Assembly (NCBI GenBank): GCA_041737595.1
Contig: JBGSRK010000009.1
Span: 32,001 to 96,000 of the forward strand
Source: Patescibacteria group bacterium
Lineage (GTDB): Bacteria > Patescibacteriota > CPR2 > UBA1875
Reading direction: 5' to 3'
Length of the DNA: 64,000 nt
Shown: in pieces, positions 48,574-58,711 of the stretch
How positions within the stretch are numbered: position 1 is the stretch's first letter
How the letters are laid out: the number at the start of each line of letters is the position of its first letter
Notes under the pieces: generated by a model
What the model saw: the letters and a program-made list of their open reading frames with translations, nothing else
Databases searched by the model: none
Told to the model about the DNA's origin: nothing
Made by a program: the position numbers and the translations under genes

Positions 48574-49551
48574 CTATTGATGTAATATTCCTTCGGCTTG
48601 ATCATAACATCCAACAAAAAACTTTTCGTTTTCATCTAAGGTATTGGGGTCTTTAGTTTTTGCTAAAGCCGAAGCTTCTGCGAAAAATTCTGCATAATAT
48701 TCAGAAAATTCATACATAAATTTGTCAGTTTTTACTGGGTCTTGAGTCTCTAAACATTCTGAATATAGACTTTGTAAAGCCTTAACTCTAACTTGTAAAT
48801 AAGGAGTAAACGGACAATCCATAAATGTTTGTATAAAATCATAGTTATAACAAAGATTCTCTTGTTCTTTAACATATAATAAACTACCGAACTGAGTTCT
48901 TTCAGGTACATCATCTCTTACTGATAAATCGTCGTTCAAGAAGACTGAACTATAAACAAAATGACCTACTTCATGTCCTAAAAGATATAAAAGTAATGCC
49001 CTATCCTTATCAGGAGCTGACTCAACATAGTCAGGCAGTTCATAAGGGTAATCATAAAAATCAAAGATTTCAATGGATCCATATTCAGTATCGCTTTTGC
49101 TCCAATGGGAAGCAGCTCTAACTCTTAACCACTCATTAGCAGCGGGCAAAGTTCCTCTATCTTTTGCTCCATTATATTCTTTTCTAGTATAAATTTTTGG
49201 TTTAATCTTGTCCGTATCATTACCTGGTTCTTCGCTGCTTATTTTATAGAACCTAATTTCATCAACTAAATTAATTGATGTTAAACCTATTTTCTCAAGT
49301 TCAGAAACTCTATAGTTTCGAGCCAGAAATTCAATAATTGAACCAGTATATTCGGGATTTTCTTCCCCACCAATTATTTCAATATAACCACGCATTTCGT
49401 CTAGTCTTTCAGCACTTATCTGATCGTGAGCTTCCTGATAGTCACAAGCATCAATAGGTGCATCTGGAAAATTACAAAAAATTTTTGCACGTTCTTGGAC
49501 TTCCATTCCCTCTTTTTCAGCTGTAGCTTTATTTAACGGTATATTTTCCAT
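48574..49551 (-). CDS. Acidic hypothetical protein, possible zincin metallopeptidase
   Basis: HEVGH plus downstream EFFAE. Confidence 0.55.
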   Translation of the reverse strand: MENIPLNKATAEKEGMEVQERAKIFCNFPDAPIDACDYQEAHDQISAERLDEMRGYIEIIGGEENPEYTGSIIEFLARNYRVSELEKIGLTSINLVDEIRFYKISSEEPGNDTDKIKPKIYTRKEYNGAKDRGTLPAANEWLRVRAASHWSKSDTEYGSIEIFDFYDYPYELPDYVESAPDKDRALLLYLLGHEVGHFVYSSVFLNDDLSVRDDVPERTQFGSLLYVKEQENLCYNYDFIQTFMDCPFTPYLQVRVKALQSLYSECLETQDPVKTDKFMYEFSEYYAEFFAEASALAKTKDPNTLDENEKFFVGCYDQAEGILHQ

Positions 49552-49616
49552 ATTTGACCTTCTATCTACCTTTTATCGCATTATTAGATTAACAAATTAA
49601 GATTATTTTGTCATTA

Positions 49617-49650
49617 ATTTAATAAGCTGACTTTATGTCAGCTTATTAAA
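49617..49650 (-). terminator. Terminator after tRNA-Asp
   Basis: TTAATAAGCTGAC-TTTAT-GTCAGCTTATTAA. Confidence 0.6.
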
Positions 49651-49663
49651 TATACGTTCCATT

Positions 49664-49740
49664 TGGCGATCCAGATGGGACTCGAACCCACGACCTCCGC
49701 CGTGACAGGGCGGCGCTCTAACCAGCTGAGCTACTGGACC
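49664..49740 (-). tRNA. tRNA-Asp(GTC)
   Basis: GGTCCAGTAGCTCAGCTGG...CCTGTCAC...GGTTCGAGTCCC...CGCCA cloverleaf with CCA. Confidence 0.96.
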
Positions 49741-49828
49741 GTATAAAAAAAGTCACCTTTCGATGACATAAAATCGCTGTCACCGATTACGAATATTATA
49801 GCAAAAATAAAAGAAATATCAATAGTAA

Positions 49829-50815
49829 CTAGCTCTTCAGTAGATTAATGATTAGTTTAATTAGAATATCTTTTTCTTTTGGGTCACTTGAGGCTGTAAG
49901 AATCGCGAGTGCAACAAGCGTATTATCATTTATTTTCCGCTCACCATCTTTGCGATACAAATATTTATTCTTTTCAAGAAAATAGACAAACAAAATTGAT
50001 GCGATACGTTTATTACCATCGAAAAAAGCATGGTCTTTTGTGACTAAATAAAGCAGGTTGGCTGCCTTACTTTCTATAGAATTGTATAAATCGATTCCAT
50101 CAAAGGTTTGATATATGCTCCCAATTACTGATTTAAATTTATGCTCAATTTCTGAACCAAAAAATGAACCAGCTTCATTTGTTGTAAGTAAATTTTGTTT
50201 TAAACTCCCGACAATATTAATAGCCGATTCATAGGTCAACTCAAACGACGGGATAATGCCTTTTGTCACTCTTAGTTTCTTTGAGTCATACCTGCCAAGA
50301 ATTGAGATTGAGCTGGAATAATATTCCAAAACAGAAAAAAGTTCTTGTTCCTGACCTAAAAGATCTTCGGTTTTGGCACTTTTGCTCAGAAAATTTACAG
50401 TGTCCTTTAATTCTTGTAACTTATTTTGACTTTCTACAAGTAATTTTTGATTTACAACATGCCCCTGAAGTAAATATTGTTTTAGCACATTGTTAGCCCA
50501 GATTCTAAATTGCGTTCCCTGAATTGAATTAACCCGATAACCTACAGAAATAGTGACGTCTAGGCTATAATAATCAACCTGATATACCTTACCATCAGCG
50601 GCAGTTGTTGCATATTTTGCAACAACTGATTTTCTTTCTAGTTCTTTTTCATTAAATATATTCTTTAGGTGACGTGAAATAACCGATTTATCGCGGTGAA
50701 AAAGTTCTGCTATTTGATCAAGTGAAAGCCACAGGGTTTCTTTTTCTAACTTAACCTCAAACTGAGTTTGGCCTGTTTTATCTTTATAAATAACTAACTT
50801 TTGTGTTTTTACCAT
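49829..50815 (-). CDS. RhuM-like N-terminus fused to Fic/Doc domain
   Basis: ETLWLS..QIAELF, ISVGYRVNS..GTQFR.WA; Fic motif HAFFDGNKR. Confidence 0.9.
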   Translation of the reverse strand: MVKTQKLVIYKDKTGQTQFEVKLEKETLWLSLDQIAELFHRDKSVISRHLKNIFNEKELERKSVVAKYATTAADGKVYQVDYYSLDVTISVGYRVNSIQGTQFRIWANNVLKQYLLQGHVVNQKLLVESQNKLQELKDTVNFLSKSAKTEDLLGQEQELFSVLEYYSSSISILGRYDSKKLRVTKGIIPSFELTYESAINIVGSLKQNLLTTNEAGSFFGSEIEHKFKSVIGSIYQTFDGIDLYNSIESKAANLLYLVTKDHAFFDGNKRIASILFVYFLEKNKYLYRKDGERKINDNTLVALAILTASSDPKEKDILIKLIINLLKS

Positions 50816-50889
50816 ACCTTAATCATAAGTATTATAAATATAAAAACAAGTATACAAAGCTTATGTTTTTTTATAGTATTAAAGTACTT

Positions 50890-52317
50890 ATGTTACACCC
50901 ATCCCGAATTTTTGTTTTGTATCTTTCTCTGTTCTTGGTTTCTGTCTGTTATTTTATATTCCATCCAATATTTATCGATAAGATATATTTAATTCCTATC
51001 TTAATAATACTTTTGGCGTTTTGGAGAATTAAATTTATTAGATACGTATATTTGTTATTATTTGTTATTTTACTTGCCTGTATTCGAACTTTTCCTTATG
51101 CCCAATCTCCCGATCTAAATATTTACAAAGATAAATTAATTAGTGGATATATCTCATCTGAGCCATACATAGTAGATTCAAAACAAAAATTTACTCTTAC
51201 TCTTACAGGGTCCCACCCTGTCAAACCTAAAATTGAAATCGCCACCAATCAATCTCCTAAATATAAATTTGGTGATGAAATTAAAATCGACGGTAAATTA
51301 TCGAACGAGTATCTAAATTCATCCCACAAGTCCAAGAATATTTTTGCCAGAATGTCTTACCCAGATATTAAAGTTACTGGGGAATCGAAACTTCTCTACA
51401 TCGGAGTAGAGAAGTATCTGCTTAAAATAAAAAACTTTTTTAAAGACAGAATATCTATGATTTTACCGGAACCACATTCCGGGCTCGTAAATGGCATACT
51501 TTTAGGTGAACGTTCAAATATTTCTGATAGTCTTAAAACTTCACTTTCAAGAACTGGGACAACTCATATTATTGCTCTTTCAGGTTTTAATATTACAATT
51601 GTCGCTATTTTTTTAGGATTTTTAACCTCTGGTTTATCAAGAAAATCTTCGGTCATTATAAGTATTATTGGGATATTTTGTTTTGTGTGTGCAACTGGAT
51701 TTTCCTCTTCTGCAATCCGGGCCGGTATAATGGGAACATTACTTGTTCTTTCTAAAATTTTTGGTAGAAAATCTGATGGGATTATAGCAATTATTTTTGC
51801 ATGCGTAGTAATGACTTTTTTAAATCCAATGATACTTTTATATGATATTGGGTTCCAACTTTCATTTTCTGCTGCGTGTGGAATTATCTTTTTTTACCCT
51901 AAAATTGAACATTATTTTAATATTTTTGGAAAAACTATGTCCCAAAACATCGCAGCGACTATATCGGCTATTTTATTTACCTGGCCAATAACTAGTTATT
52001 ATTTTGAAGTATTTTCTTTGGTTGCACTTTTTACAAATATTTTAATACTTCCATTTATAGAATGGCTGATGTTTTTTGGATTTATATCAGTTTTTATTTC
52101 GTATATTTCTAAGGGATTAACGGATATTTTTATATATATTTGTTGGGGGATGTCTTCATATATATTTAAAGTAATTGAAACATTTTCAAAAATTAATTGG
52201 GCAGTTTTGGATTTAAAAATAAATTCATGGATATTTTTAATTGGGTACTTTTTAGTCGTATTTGAAATAATATATATCTTGGGGAATATAAAATATGCAA
52301 AAACAAAAAATATTTGA
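50890..52317 (+). CDS. comEC: ComEC/Rec2 competence membrane domain (start probably ATG 50890)
   Basis: GILLGE, HIIALSGFN, SAIRA, DIGFQLSF. Confidence 0.88.
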   Translation: MLHPSRIFVLYLSLFLVSVCYFIFHPIFIDKIYLIPILIILLAFWRIKFIRYVYLLLFVILLACIRTFPYAQSPDLNIYKDKLISGYISSEPYIVDSKQKFTLTLTGSHPVKPKIEIATNQSPKYKFGDEIKIDGKLSNEYLNSSHKSKNIFARMSYPDIKVTGESKLLYIGVEKYLLKIKNFFKDRISMILPEPHSGLVNGILLGERSNISDSLKTSLSRTGTTHIIALSGFNITIVAIFLGFLTSGLSRKSSVIISIIGIFCFVCATGFSSSAIRAGIMGTLLVLSKIFGRKSDGIIAIIFACVVMTFLNPMILLYDIGFQLSFSAACGIIFFYPKIEHYFNIFGKTMSQNIAATISAILFTWPITSYYFEVFSLVALFTNILILPFIEWLMFFGFISVFISYISKGLTDIFIYICWGMSSYIFKVIETFSKINWAVLDLKINSWIFLIGYFLVVFEIIYILGNIKYAKTKNI

Positions 52318-53140
52318 AAAATTTATTGTAGCTATATTTATCGCAGGTCTGTTTTTTTTAGGTCTAGATATTTACAGCAAATCAGAGAGTGATATATACC
52401 CAGTTGAAGTAACGTTTTTTGATGTAGGGCAAGGGGATGCATCAATGATAAAGGTAGGGAAAGATAAAGAACTTTTAATAGATGCTGGGCCAAATAGAAA
52501 AATTAGTGAAGAATTAGGAAAATATTTAATACCAACTGATAATGAAATTGAGGCGGTGATAATTTCACATATGCATGCTGATCATATTTCTGGTCTTAAT
52601 TATCTTATTAAAGAAAGAAAAATAAATGAAATATTTATTTCGGATCCGGATTATTCTGCGCCTGATGCGGTTGAATTAATATCAAATATTAAGAAATTCA
52701 ACATAAAAGTAACTAAAATAGAAAGAGGTACACATATAGATTTTTATGGTGTAAATATTAATACTTTGTGGCCGGAAAGTGGTTATCTAAGTAATGATCT
52801 AAATAATAATTCAGTAATATTTACTGCAAATTTTGGGGGATGTAACTACTTTTTCCCTGGAGATGCATCAGCGGAAATACAGGAAGGGGTAATTAATAAT
52901 ATAGAAAAAATTAATATTTTAAAAGTTTCACACCATGGTTCTAAAACTGGAACATCAGAAAATATTATTAAAAATTTAAATCCAGATTATATAATTATTT
53001 CCGTTGGGAAAAATAATCAATACCGCCACCCATCAAAATTTACTACTAATTTATTATTACCTTACAAAACATTTAGAACAGATATAAATGGCACTATAAA
53101 ATTTGGTTGTGATGGAAAAAACAATTTACTTATTCCATAA
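52295..53140 (+). CDS. ComEC-associated metallo-beta-lactamase nuclease domain, split from comEC
   Basis: DVGQGD, SHMHADH, LKVSHHGS, ISVG..N.Y.HP, RTD..G. Confidence 0.88.
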   Translation: MQKQKIFEKFIVAIFIAGLFFLGLDIYSKSESDIYPVEVTFFDVGQGDASMIKVGKDKELLIDAGPNRKISEELGKYLIPTDNEIEAVIISHMHADHISGLNYLIKERKINEIFISDPDYSAPDAVELISNIKKFNIKVTKIERGTHIDFYGVNINTLWPESGYLSNDLNNNSVIFTANFGGCNYFFPGDASAEIQEGVINNIEKINILKVSHHGSKTGTSENIIKNLNPDYIIISVGKNNQYRHPSKFTTNLLLPYKTFRTDINGTIKFGCDGKNNLLIP

Positions 53141-53157
53141 TCTGCTATAATTAAAAT

Positions 53158-53511
53158 ATGCGAAGGGGGAATTCAGGGGTCAAATATTTTTGGCTCGCGG
53201 TAGTTCTATACATAATCTTCTCAGTCGGTCGTTTAGCGTATAAGAATTACCAACTTAATCTAGAAGAGGCTAATCTTAAACAAGATGTAGCTCAACTTCA
53301 GGTTGAAATTCAACAATTGAAAAATCAGATAGTATATTTTCAGTCAGATTCATATAAAGATAAGATGATTCGATCAAAACTAAATATGCAAAAAGAAGGT
53401 GAAAAAGTTGTTGTAATCCCAGAATCACCTAAAATAACTGAGGTATCAGATAAATCTAAAGAAAAATTAAATAATCCGCAAAGATGGATGAGATATTTTT
53501 TCGGAATCTAG
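53158..53511 (+). CDS. Septum formation initiator (FtsB/DivIC family)
   Basis: TM helix, coiled coil, R.KLNM.KEGE. Confidence 0.75.
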   Translation: MRRGNSGVKYFWLAVVLYIIFSVGRLAYKNYQLNLEEANLKQDVAQLQVEIQQLKNQIVYFQSDSYKDKMIRSKLNMQKEGEKVVVIPESPKITEVSDKSKEKLNNPQRWMRYFFGI

Positions 53512-53558
53512 CGTTGATTTAAAGTTAATAAAATGCTAAAATATCAAAGTTAAAACGA

Positions 53559-53633
53559 CGCGGGGTAGAGCAGTGGTAGCTCGTCGGGCTCATAACCCGG
53601 AAGTCGCAGGTTCGAATCCTGCCCCCGCTACCA
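53559..53633 (+). tRNA. Initiator tRNA-fMet(CAT)
   Basis: C1:A72 mismatch, GGG/CCC anticodon stem, CAT anticodon, CCA. Confidence 0.95.
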
Positions 53634-53752
53634 AGTTTATATATTGACAAAGAATAGAATCGACAAAATCTGTCGATTTTGTCGAAAAAGAAGGAATCGC
53701 AAAAGGATGAAGACGTTTAATAGCGTCTGAATTCAAAAGCAGATTCCGACGC

Positions 53753-53829
53753 GGCAGGGTAGCTCAGCTGGTTAGAGCACAGGACTCATAAGCCTGAGGT
53801 CGTGGGTTCGAGTCCCACCCCTGCTACCA
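53753..53829 (+). tRNA. tRNA with CAT anticodon, probably elongator Met (Ile2 not excluded; tilS adjacent)
   Basis: Cloverleaf GGCAGGG...CTCATAA...CCCTGCTACCA; G2-C71 and C3-G70. Confidence 0.9.
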
Positions 53830-53912
53830 ACGGACTCGAAGGGTGTGAGTAGGAAACGAATGCATGGAGTTTTCTGTGTGTAGCACCCAGGCTCTTTAGT
53901 CGGAGCGAAGAG

Positions 53913-53932
53913 GAGTCCCACCCCTGCTACCA
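53913..53932 (+). repeat. Exact 20-bp duplication of tRNA 3' end
   Basis: GAGTCCCACCCCTGCTACCA identical to 53810-53829. Confidence 0.9.
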
Positions 53933-53995
53933 TAAAAATATCTACATTATTTACATATAGAACTATAATAAAGTAAGTTAACGTTTAGGACACCT

Positions 53996-55288
53996 ATGGG
54001 GAATAAACCTTTTTTAGATTTAAATAAAAATATTTTAGTAAAAAACGACAAATTAATTGTTGCTGTTTCTGGTGGCGTTGATTCTGTTGTACTTTTGGAT
54101 TTAATTACAAAAAATACTAATTCTAAAAATATAATAATCGTGCATATTAATCATGGTTTAAGAAAAGAATCCCTTGATGAAGCTATTTTTGTTGAAAAGT
54201 TAGCAAAAAAATATGGCATACAATATGAAACATCTAAATTAAATTTAAAAAATCCGACAGAAGAAAATTTAAGAAATTCACGCTATAAGTTTTTAAGAAA
54301 AATTAAAGAAAAATATAATGCAAAATACGTCGTAACCGCTCATCATCTTAATGATCAGGCCGAAACAGTTCTTTTATATTTAACTCGTGGGACTGGACCA
54401 ACACAAATCTGGGGCATGAAAGAAATTGAAAATGATATTTGGCGCCCATTACTCTCATTTTCTAAAAAAGAAATTATTGCTTATGCCAAAGATAATAAAT
54501 TAAAACACATAACTGATAAATCAAATTTAGATTCTAAATATTCTAGAAATCGAATTCGTAACAAAATTATCCCCGAGATTAATAAAATAAATGAAAATTT
54601 TTTAACTACGATTCAAAAAGAAATTATACTTGGGCAAGAATTGGAATATTTTATTAAGGAAGAGACAAAAAAAGCATTAAAAAATATCGCTAGTGGCAAT
54701 ACAATAGACCTTAAAAAGTTTAAAAAACTTAATATTTTTATCAAAAAAAGCATTCTTTTTGAAATGTTAAAAACTCATACTCCAAAAAAAGAAGGTATTT
54801 ATCAAAAAAACGTTAATGAAATATTAAAAATCGCCGATTCTTCCGGAAATAAAATGTCAAAAATTGGAGGATTTACGGTGAGCAAAAATTATGATAAAAT
54901 CATCTTTGATTTCAAGAGAAAAAAGTCACAAAAAAAGACACATTTAGTTTTAGGAGGGAATAACTACAATAATTGGTCACTTATTCTTAGTAAAGAGAAG
55001 AATAAAAAGCCCACAAAAAACAATGTTTTACTCCCAATAAAATACGAAAATGAGCTTTTTGTTAGAAGTTGGAAAACTGGTGACAAAATAAGTACAAATA
55101 TTGGGACAAAAAAGATTCAAGATATTTTTACTGACGCAAAAATTGATACGGAAAGTAGAAAAAACTGGCCAATAATTGTTTTTAGAAATAAAATTATTTG
55201 GGTCCCGAAACTTCAGGCAAGCATTTATGCGTTAAAAAAATCAAATGATAATAATTTAATAATTGAGGTGAAAAATGAAAAAAGATAG
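53996..55288 (+). CDS. tilS: tRNA(Ile)-lysidine synthetase
   Basis: AVSGGVDS, HINHGLR, AHHLNDQAET, RPLL, RNRIR. Confidence 0.95.
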   Translation: MGNKPFLDLNKNILVKNDKLIVAVSGGVDSVVLLDLITKNTNSKNIIIVHINHGLRKESLDEAIFVEKLAKKYGIQYETSKLNLKNPTEENLRNSRYKFLRKIKEKYNAKYVVTAHHLNDQAETVLLYLTRGTGPTQIWGMKEIENDIWRPLLSFSKKEIIAYAKDNKLKHITDKSNLDSKYSRNRIRNKIIPEINKINENFLTTIQKEIILGQELEYFIKEETKKALKNIASGNTIDLKKFKKLNIFIKKSILFEMLKTHTPKKEGIYQKNVNEILKIADSSGNKMSKIGGFTVSKNYDKIIFDFKRKKSQKKTHLVLGGNNYNNWSLILSKEKNKKPTKNNVLLPIKYENELFVRSWKTGDKISTNIGTKKIQDIFTDAKIDTESRKNWPIIVFRNKIIWVPKLQASIYALKKSNDNNLIIEVKNEKR

Positions 55289-57095
55289 TAATAAAAATTG
55301 GATATATATAGTAGGGTTCATTTTTTTAATGATTTCTTTCTACTTTATACTTGGTGACCCACTAACTAAAAAAGAAACGGTTCCAATTTCTCAGGTAGCA
55401 GAAGAAATTAAAGCAGAAAAAGTAGAATCTATTTCTGTATCTGGGACTGAAGTCACTGTAAATTTAAAAGATAATTCAAAACAAACCTCTGAAATTGCTG
55501 CAGGACAACAAATTACTACTACATTAAAAGACCTTGGAGCAGACCCTTCAAAAGTAAGACTTGAAATCAAGGAGGGCGGGGGGAATAGTATGTTTTGGGC
55601 AATATTTATAAGCTTTGCTCCTGTACTTTTAATTGTCGGGTTCTTTTGGTATATGATGAAACAGGCGCAGGGTTCAAACAATCAAGCAATGACTTTCGGA
55701 AAATCAAAAGCAAAACTTTTTGATCCAAATCGAGAAAAAGTAACCTTTAATGATGTCGCTGGAGCAGAAGAATCAAAACAAGAACTGTTAGAAATAGTAG
55801 AATTTTTGAAATATCCCAAAAAATTCACCGCTCTTGGAGCAAAAATTCCAAAAGGTGTTCTTCTTTTTGGGCCTCCAGGAACAGGAAAAACATTGATGGC
55901 CAGAGCAGTTGCAGGAGAAGCTGGAGTCCCGTTCTTTTCAATTTCTGGTTCTGAATTTGTTGAAATGTTTGTTGGGGTAGGGGCTTCTCGGGTACGAGAT
56001 TTATTTTCTCGAGCAAAAAAGAATGCTCCTTGTATAATTTTTATTGATGAAATTGATGCAGTTGGAAGACAACGAGGATCTGGGCTTGGTGGCTCACATG
56101 ATGAAAGAGAACAAACCTTAAATCAAATACTGACAGAAATGGATGGATTTGAACAAGGTGCAAATGTTATTGTTATGGCCGCTACAAATCGTCCTGATGT
56201 TTTAGACCCTGCTCTTCTTAGACCTGGACGGTTTGATCGTAGAGTAACGCTTGATCTTCCGGATATAAAAGATAGAGAAGCTATTCTTAAAGTACACTCA
56301 AAAAATAAACCACTCATAAAGGGCGTTGATCTTATGGTTGTTGCTAGAAAAACTCCAGGTTTTTCAGGTGCAGATCTATCAAACATGATGAATGAAGCTG
56401 CAATTTTCACTGCCAGAGCTAATCGTAAAGAAATTACTTTACCTGATCTTTTAGAAGCATCTGAAAAAGTAATGCTTGGACCAGAAAGAAAAAGTATGGT
56501 TATTTCTACAAAAGAGAAAGAAATAACTGCTTATCATGAAGCGGGTCACGCCATTGTCGGTCATCTTTTAGTGCATACTGACCCTATCCATAAAATATCA
56601 ATTATATCTCGAGGTATGGCTCTTGGACTTACTTGGAGCCTACCCGAAGAAGATAAAAGATTAGTTTCCAAATCTGAAATGGAAGACAAAATTGCTATGG
56701 CTCTTGGAGGAAGAATAGCCGAAGAATTAATATTCAATGAGATAACAACTGGAGCTGGTTCTGATATGGAAGAGGCAACAAAAACAGCTCGAAATATGGT
56801 TACAAGATATGGGATGAGTAAAAACTTAGGGCCTCAAATATATGGGAAGAGAGATGAATTAGTTTTTCTTGGTAGGGAACTTGCAGAACATGAAAAAAAT
56901 TATTCTGAAGAAGTTGCAGCTAAAATAGATAAAGAAGTTTCTGATATTATTACTGAAGCTTATAAAAAAGCATCTTTAGTTATTTCAAAAAATAAGAATA
57001 AATTAAAAGAAATTGCGGAAAAACTTATCAAAAATGAAACAATAGAAGCTGAAGAATTTGAGAAAATAATGGGAGCTAGGCCTAAAAAGAAATAG
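55275..57095 (+). CDS. ftsH: ATP-dependent zinc metalloprotease FtsH
   Basis: Two TMs, [26 protein letters not shown]. Confidence 0.97.
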   Translation: MKKDSNKNWIYIVGFIFLMISFYFILGDPLTKKETVPISQVAEEIKAEKVESISVSGTEVTVNLKDNSKQTSEIAAGQQITTTLKDLGADPSKVRLEIKEGGGNSMFWAIFISFAPVLLIVGFFWYMMKQAQGSNNQAMTFGKSKAKLFDPNREKVTFNDVAGAEESKQELLEIVEFLKYPKKFTALGAKIPKGVLLFGPPGTGKTLMARAVAGEAGVPFFSISGSEFVEMFVGVGASRVRDLFSRAKKNAPCIIFIDEIDAVGRQRGSGLGGSHDEREQTLNQILTEMDGFEQGANVIVMAATNRPDVLDPALLRPGRFDRRVTLDLPDIKDREAILKVHSKNKPLIKGVDLMVVARKTPGFSGADLSNMMNEAAIFTARANRKEITLPDLLEASEKVMLGPERKSMVISTKEKEITAYHEAGHAIVGHLLVHTDPIHKISIISRGMALGLTWSLPEEDKRLVSKSEMEDKIAMALGGRIAEELIFNEITTGAGSDMEEATKTARNMVTRYGMSKNLGPQIYGKRDELVFLGRELAEHEKNYSEEVAAKIDKEVSDIITEAYKKASLVISKNKNKLKEIAEKLIKNETIEAEEFEKIMGARPKKK

Positions 57096-58711
57096 TGAAA
57101 GAAAGAGCTAAAAAATTTTGGTATGAGATTTCTCAGAAAAAGCTGACAATACCATCGGCTGCTTTAATATTGGCAGTAACCGCAACTATCTCAAATCTTT
57201 TAGGTGTATACCGTGAAAGATTAATTGCAGGACAATTTGGAGCAACTCATTTAACTGATATTTTTTACGCCAGTTTCAAAATACCCGATCTTATATTTAA
57301 TTTATTAGTACTTGGGGCTGTTTCATCTGCATTCATCCCAATTTTTGTTGATTCTTTAAAAAAAGACACTAAAGAAGAATCAAATTTAATCGCTTCAAAC
57401 TTTATGAATTTTTTATCGATCGCGACTATCATATTTGGAGTTGTTATTTTTGTTCTTGCAAGAAAACTTGTACCATTTTTACTCCCAGGTTTTTTTGCTA
57501 ACGGTGTTAATGCAGATTTTAACACTTTTGAGGTAGCCGTAAATGCGGTCAGGATAATGGTCCTTTCACCTGTTTTTTTCGCAATATCTTCAGTTTTTTC
57601 AGGTATATTAAACTCACACAAAAAATTTGTAGCCTATGCCATGGCGCCAATTGTTTATAATATCTCAATTATTATTGGGATAATCTTCTTTACTAGTAAA
57701 ACAGGTTCTCCAATTTATGGTCTTTTGTATGGAGTAATTCTTGGAGCAATTTTACATGCATTAATTCAATTACCTTCTGCTTTTATAAATGGTTTTCGTT
57801 GGAAACCGGTCTTAAATTTAAGAAAATACGAATTACCTCAAATAATAAAACTAATGGTCCCTAGAACTATTTCTATAGGAGTTGGGCAAATAAATATCTT
57901 AGTTGATACAATTATTGCTTCATATTTTGTTGGCGGGATTACGGTACTTAATTTTGCTAATAATATTCAAACTGTTCCAACAGTAATTTTTGGAATATCA
58001 ATTGCAACTGCAGTATTCCCACTTTTGGCGGAAAAATCAGGTCCAGAAAGCAAAAAAGAATTTCTTGCTACATTCTCTGAGTCAGCTCGGAAAATATTAT
58101 ATTTTATGATTCCTGCAGCTATTGGAGTAATTGTACTCCGGGCACAAATTGTAAGACTTTTATATGGAGTTGGTAATTTTAGTTGGGATAATACTTATTG
58201 GACTACAAAAGCACTTGGGTTTTTTGCAATTGGACTTATTGCACAAGGGTTAATCCCTTTACTTGTTAGAGCCTTTTATGCATTAAAAGATACAAAAACA
58301 CCGTTGATAATTAGTCTTATTGTTATGGCAACAAATTTAATATTTTCTCTTTCTCTCCCATTTATACCAAAACTTGGGCTTGGAATTGCAGGTGTAGCAC
58401 TTGCCTTTTCTATTGCAGGGTTTGTAAATATTATCCTTTTATTCTGGTTTTTACATGGCAAAGTTGGTGCCCTTGATAAAGATAATAAAATTTTTGCATC
58501 TACTACAAGACTTTTGTTTTCTGCTACTATTATGGGTCTTGTAGCTCATTATTCACTTTATCTATTTGATCCATTTTTGAATACTCACACTGTTATTGGC
58601 CTTCTCATACAAACAAGTGGAGCAATTACACTTGGAGCAATAACTTACTTTGGTCTTTCACATTTTTTCAAATGTGACGAAGCTGGATATATTTTTAAAA
58701 AATCTATCTAA
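57095..58711 (+). CDS. murJ: Lipid II flippase MurJ
   Basis: LLG..RE, FKIPD, SAFIP, RAFYALKDTKTP. Confidence 0.92.
   Translation: MKERAKKFWYEISQKKLTIPSAALILAVTATISNLLGVYRERLIAGQFGATHLTDIFYASFKIPDLIFNLLVLGAVSSAFIPIFVDSLKKDTKEESNLIASNFMNFLSIATIIFGVVIFVLARKLVPFLLPGFFANGVNADFNTFEVAVNAVRIMVLSPVFFAISSVFSGILNSHKKFVAYAMAPIVYNISIIIGIIFFTSKTGSPIYGLLYGVILGAILHALIQLPSAFINGFRWKPVLNLRKYELPQIIKLMVPRTISIGVGQINILVDTIIASYFVGGITVLNFANNIQTVPTVIFGISIATAVFPLLAEKSGPESKKEFLATFSESARKILYFMIPAAIGVIVLRAQIVRLLYGVGNFSWDNTYWTTKALGFFAIGLIAQGLIPLLVRAFYALKDTKTPLIISLIVMATNLIFSLSLPFIPKLGLGIAGVALAFSIAGFVNIILLFWFLHGKVGALDKDNKIFASTTRLLFSATIMGLVAHYSLYLFDPFLNTHTVIGLLIQTSGAITLGAITYFGLSHFFKCDEAGYIFKKSI

Larger units (their letters stand above)
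33910..49669. mobile_element. Putative genomic island at tRNA-Asp; no integrase visible
   Basis: Flanking direct repeats including tRNA 3' end; accessory gene content. Confidence 0.5.
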
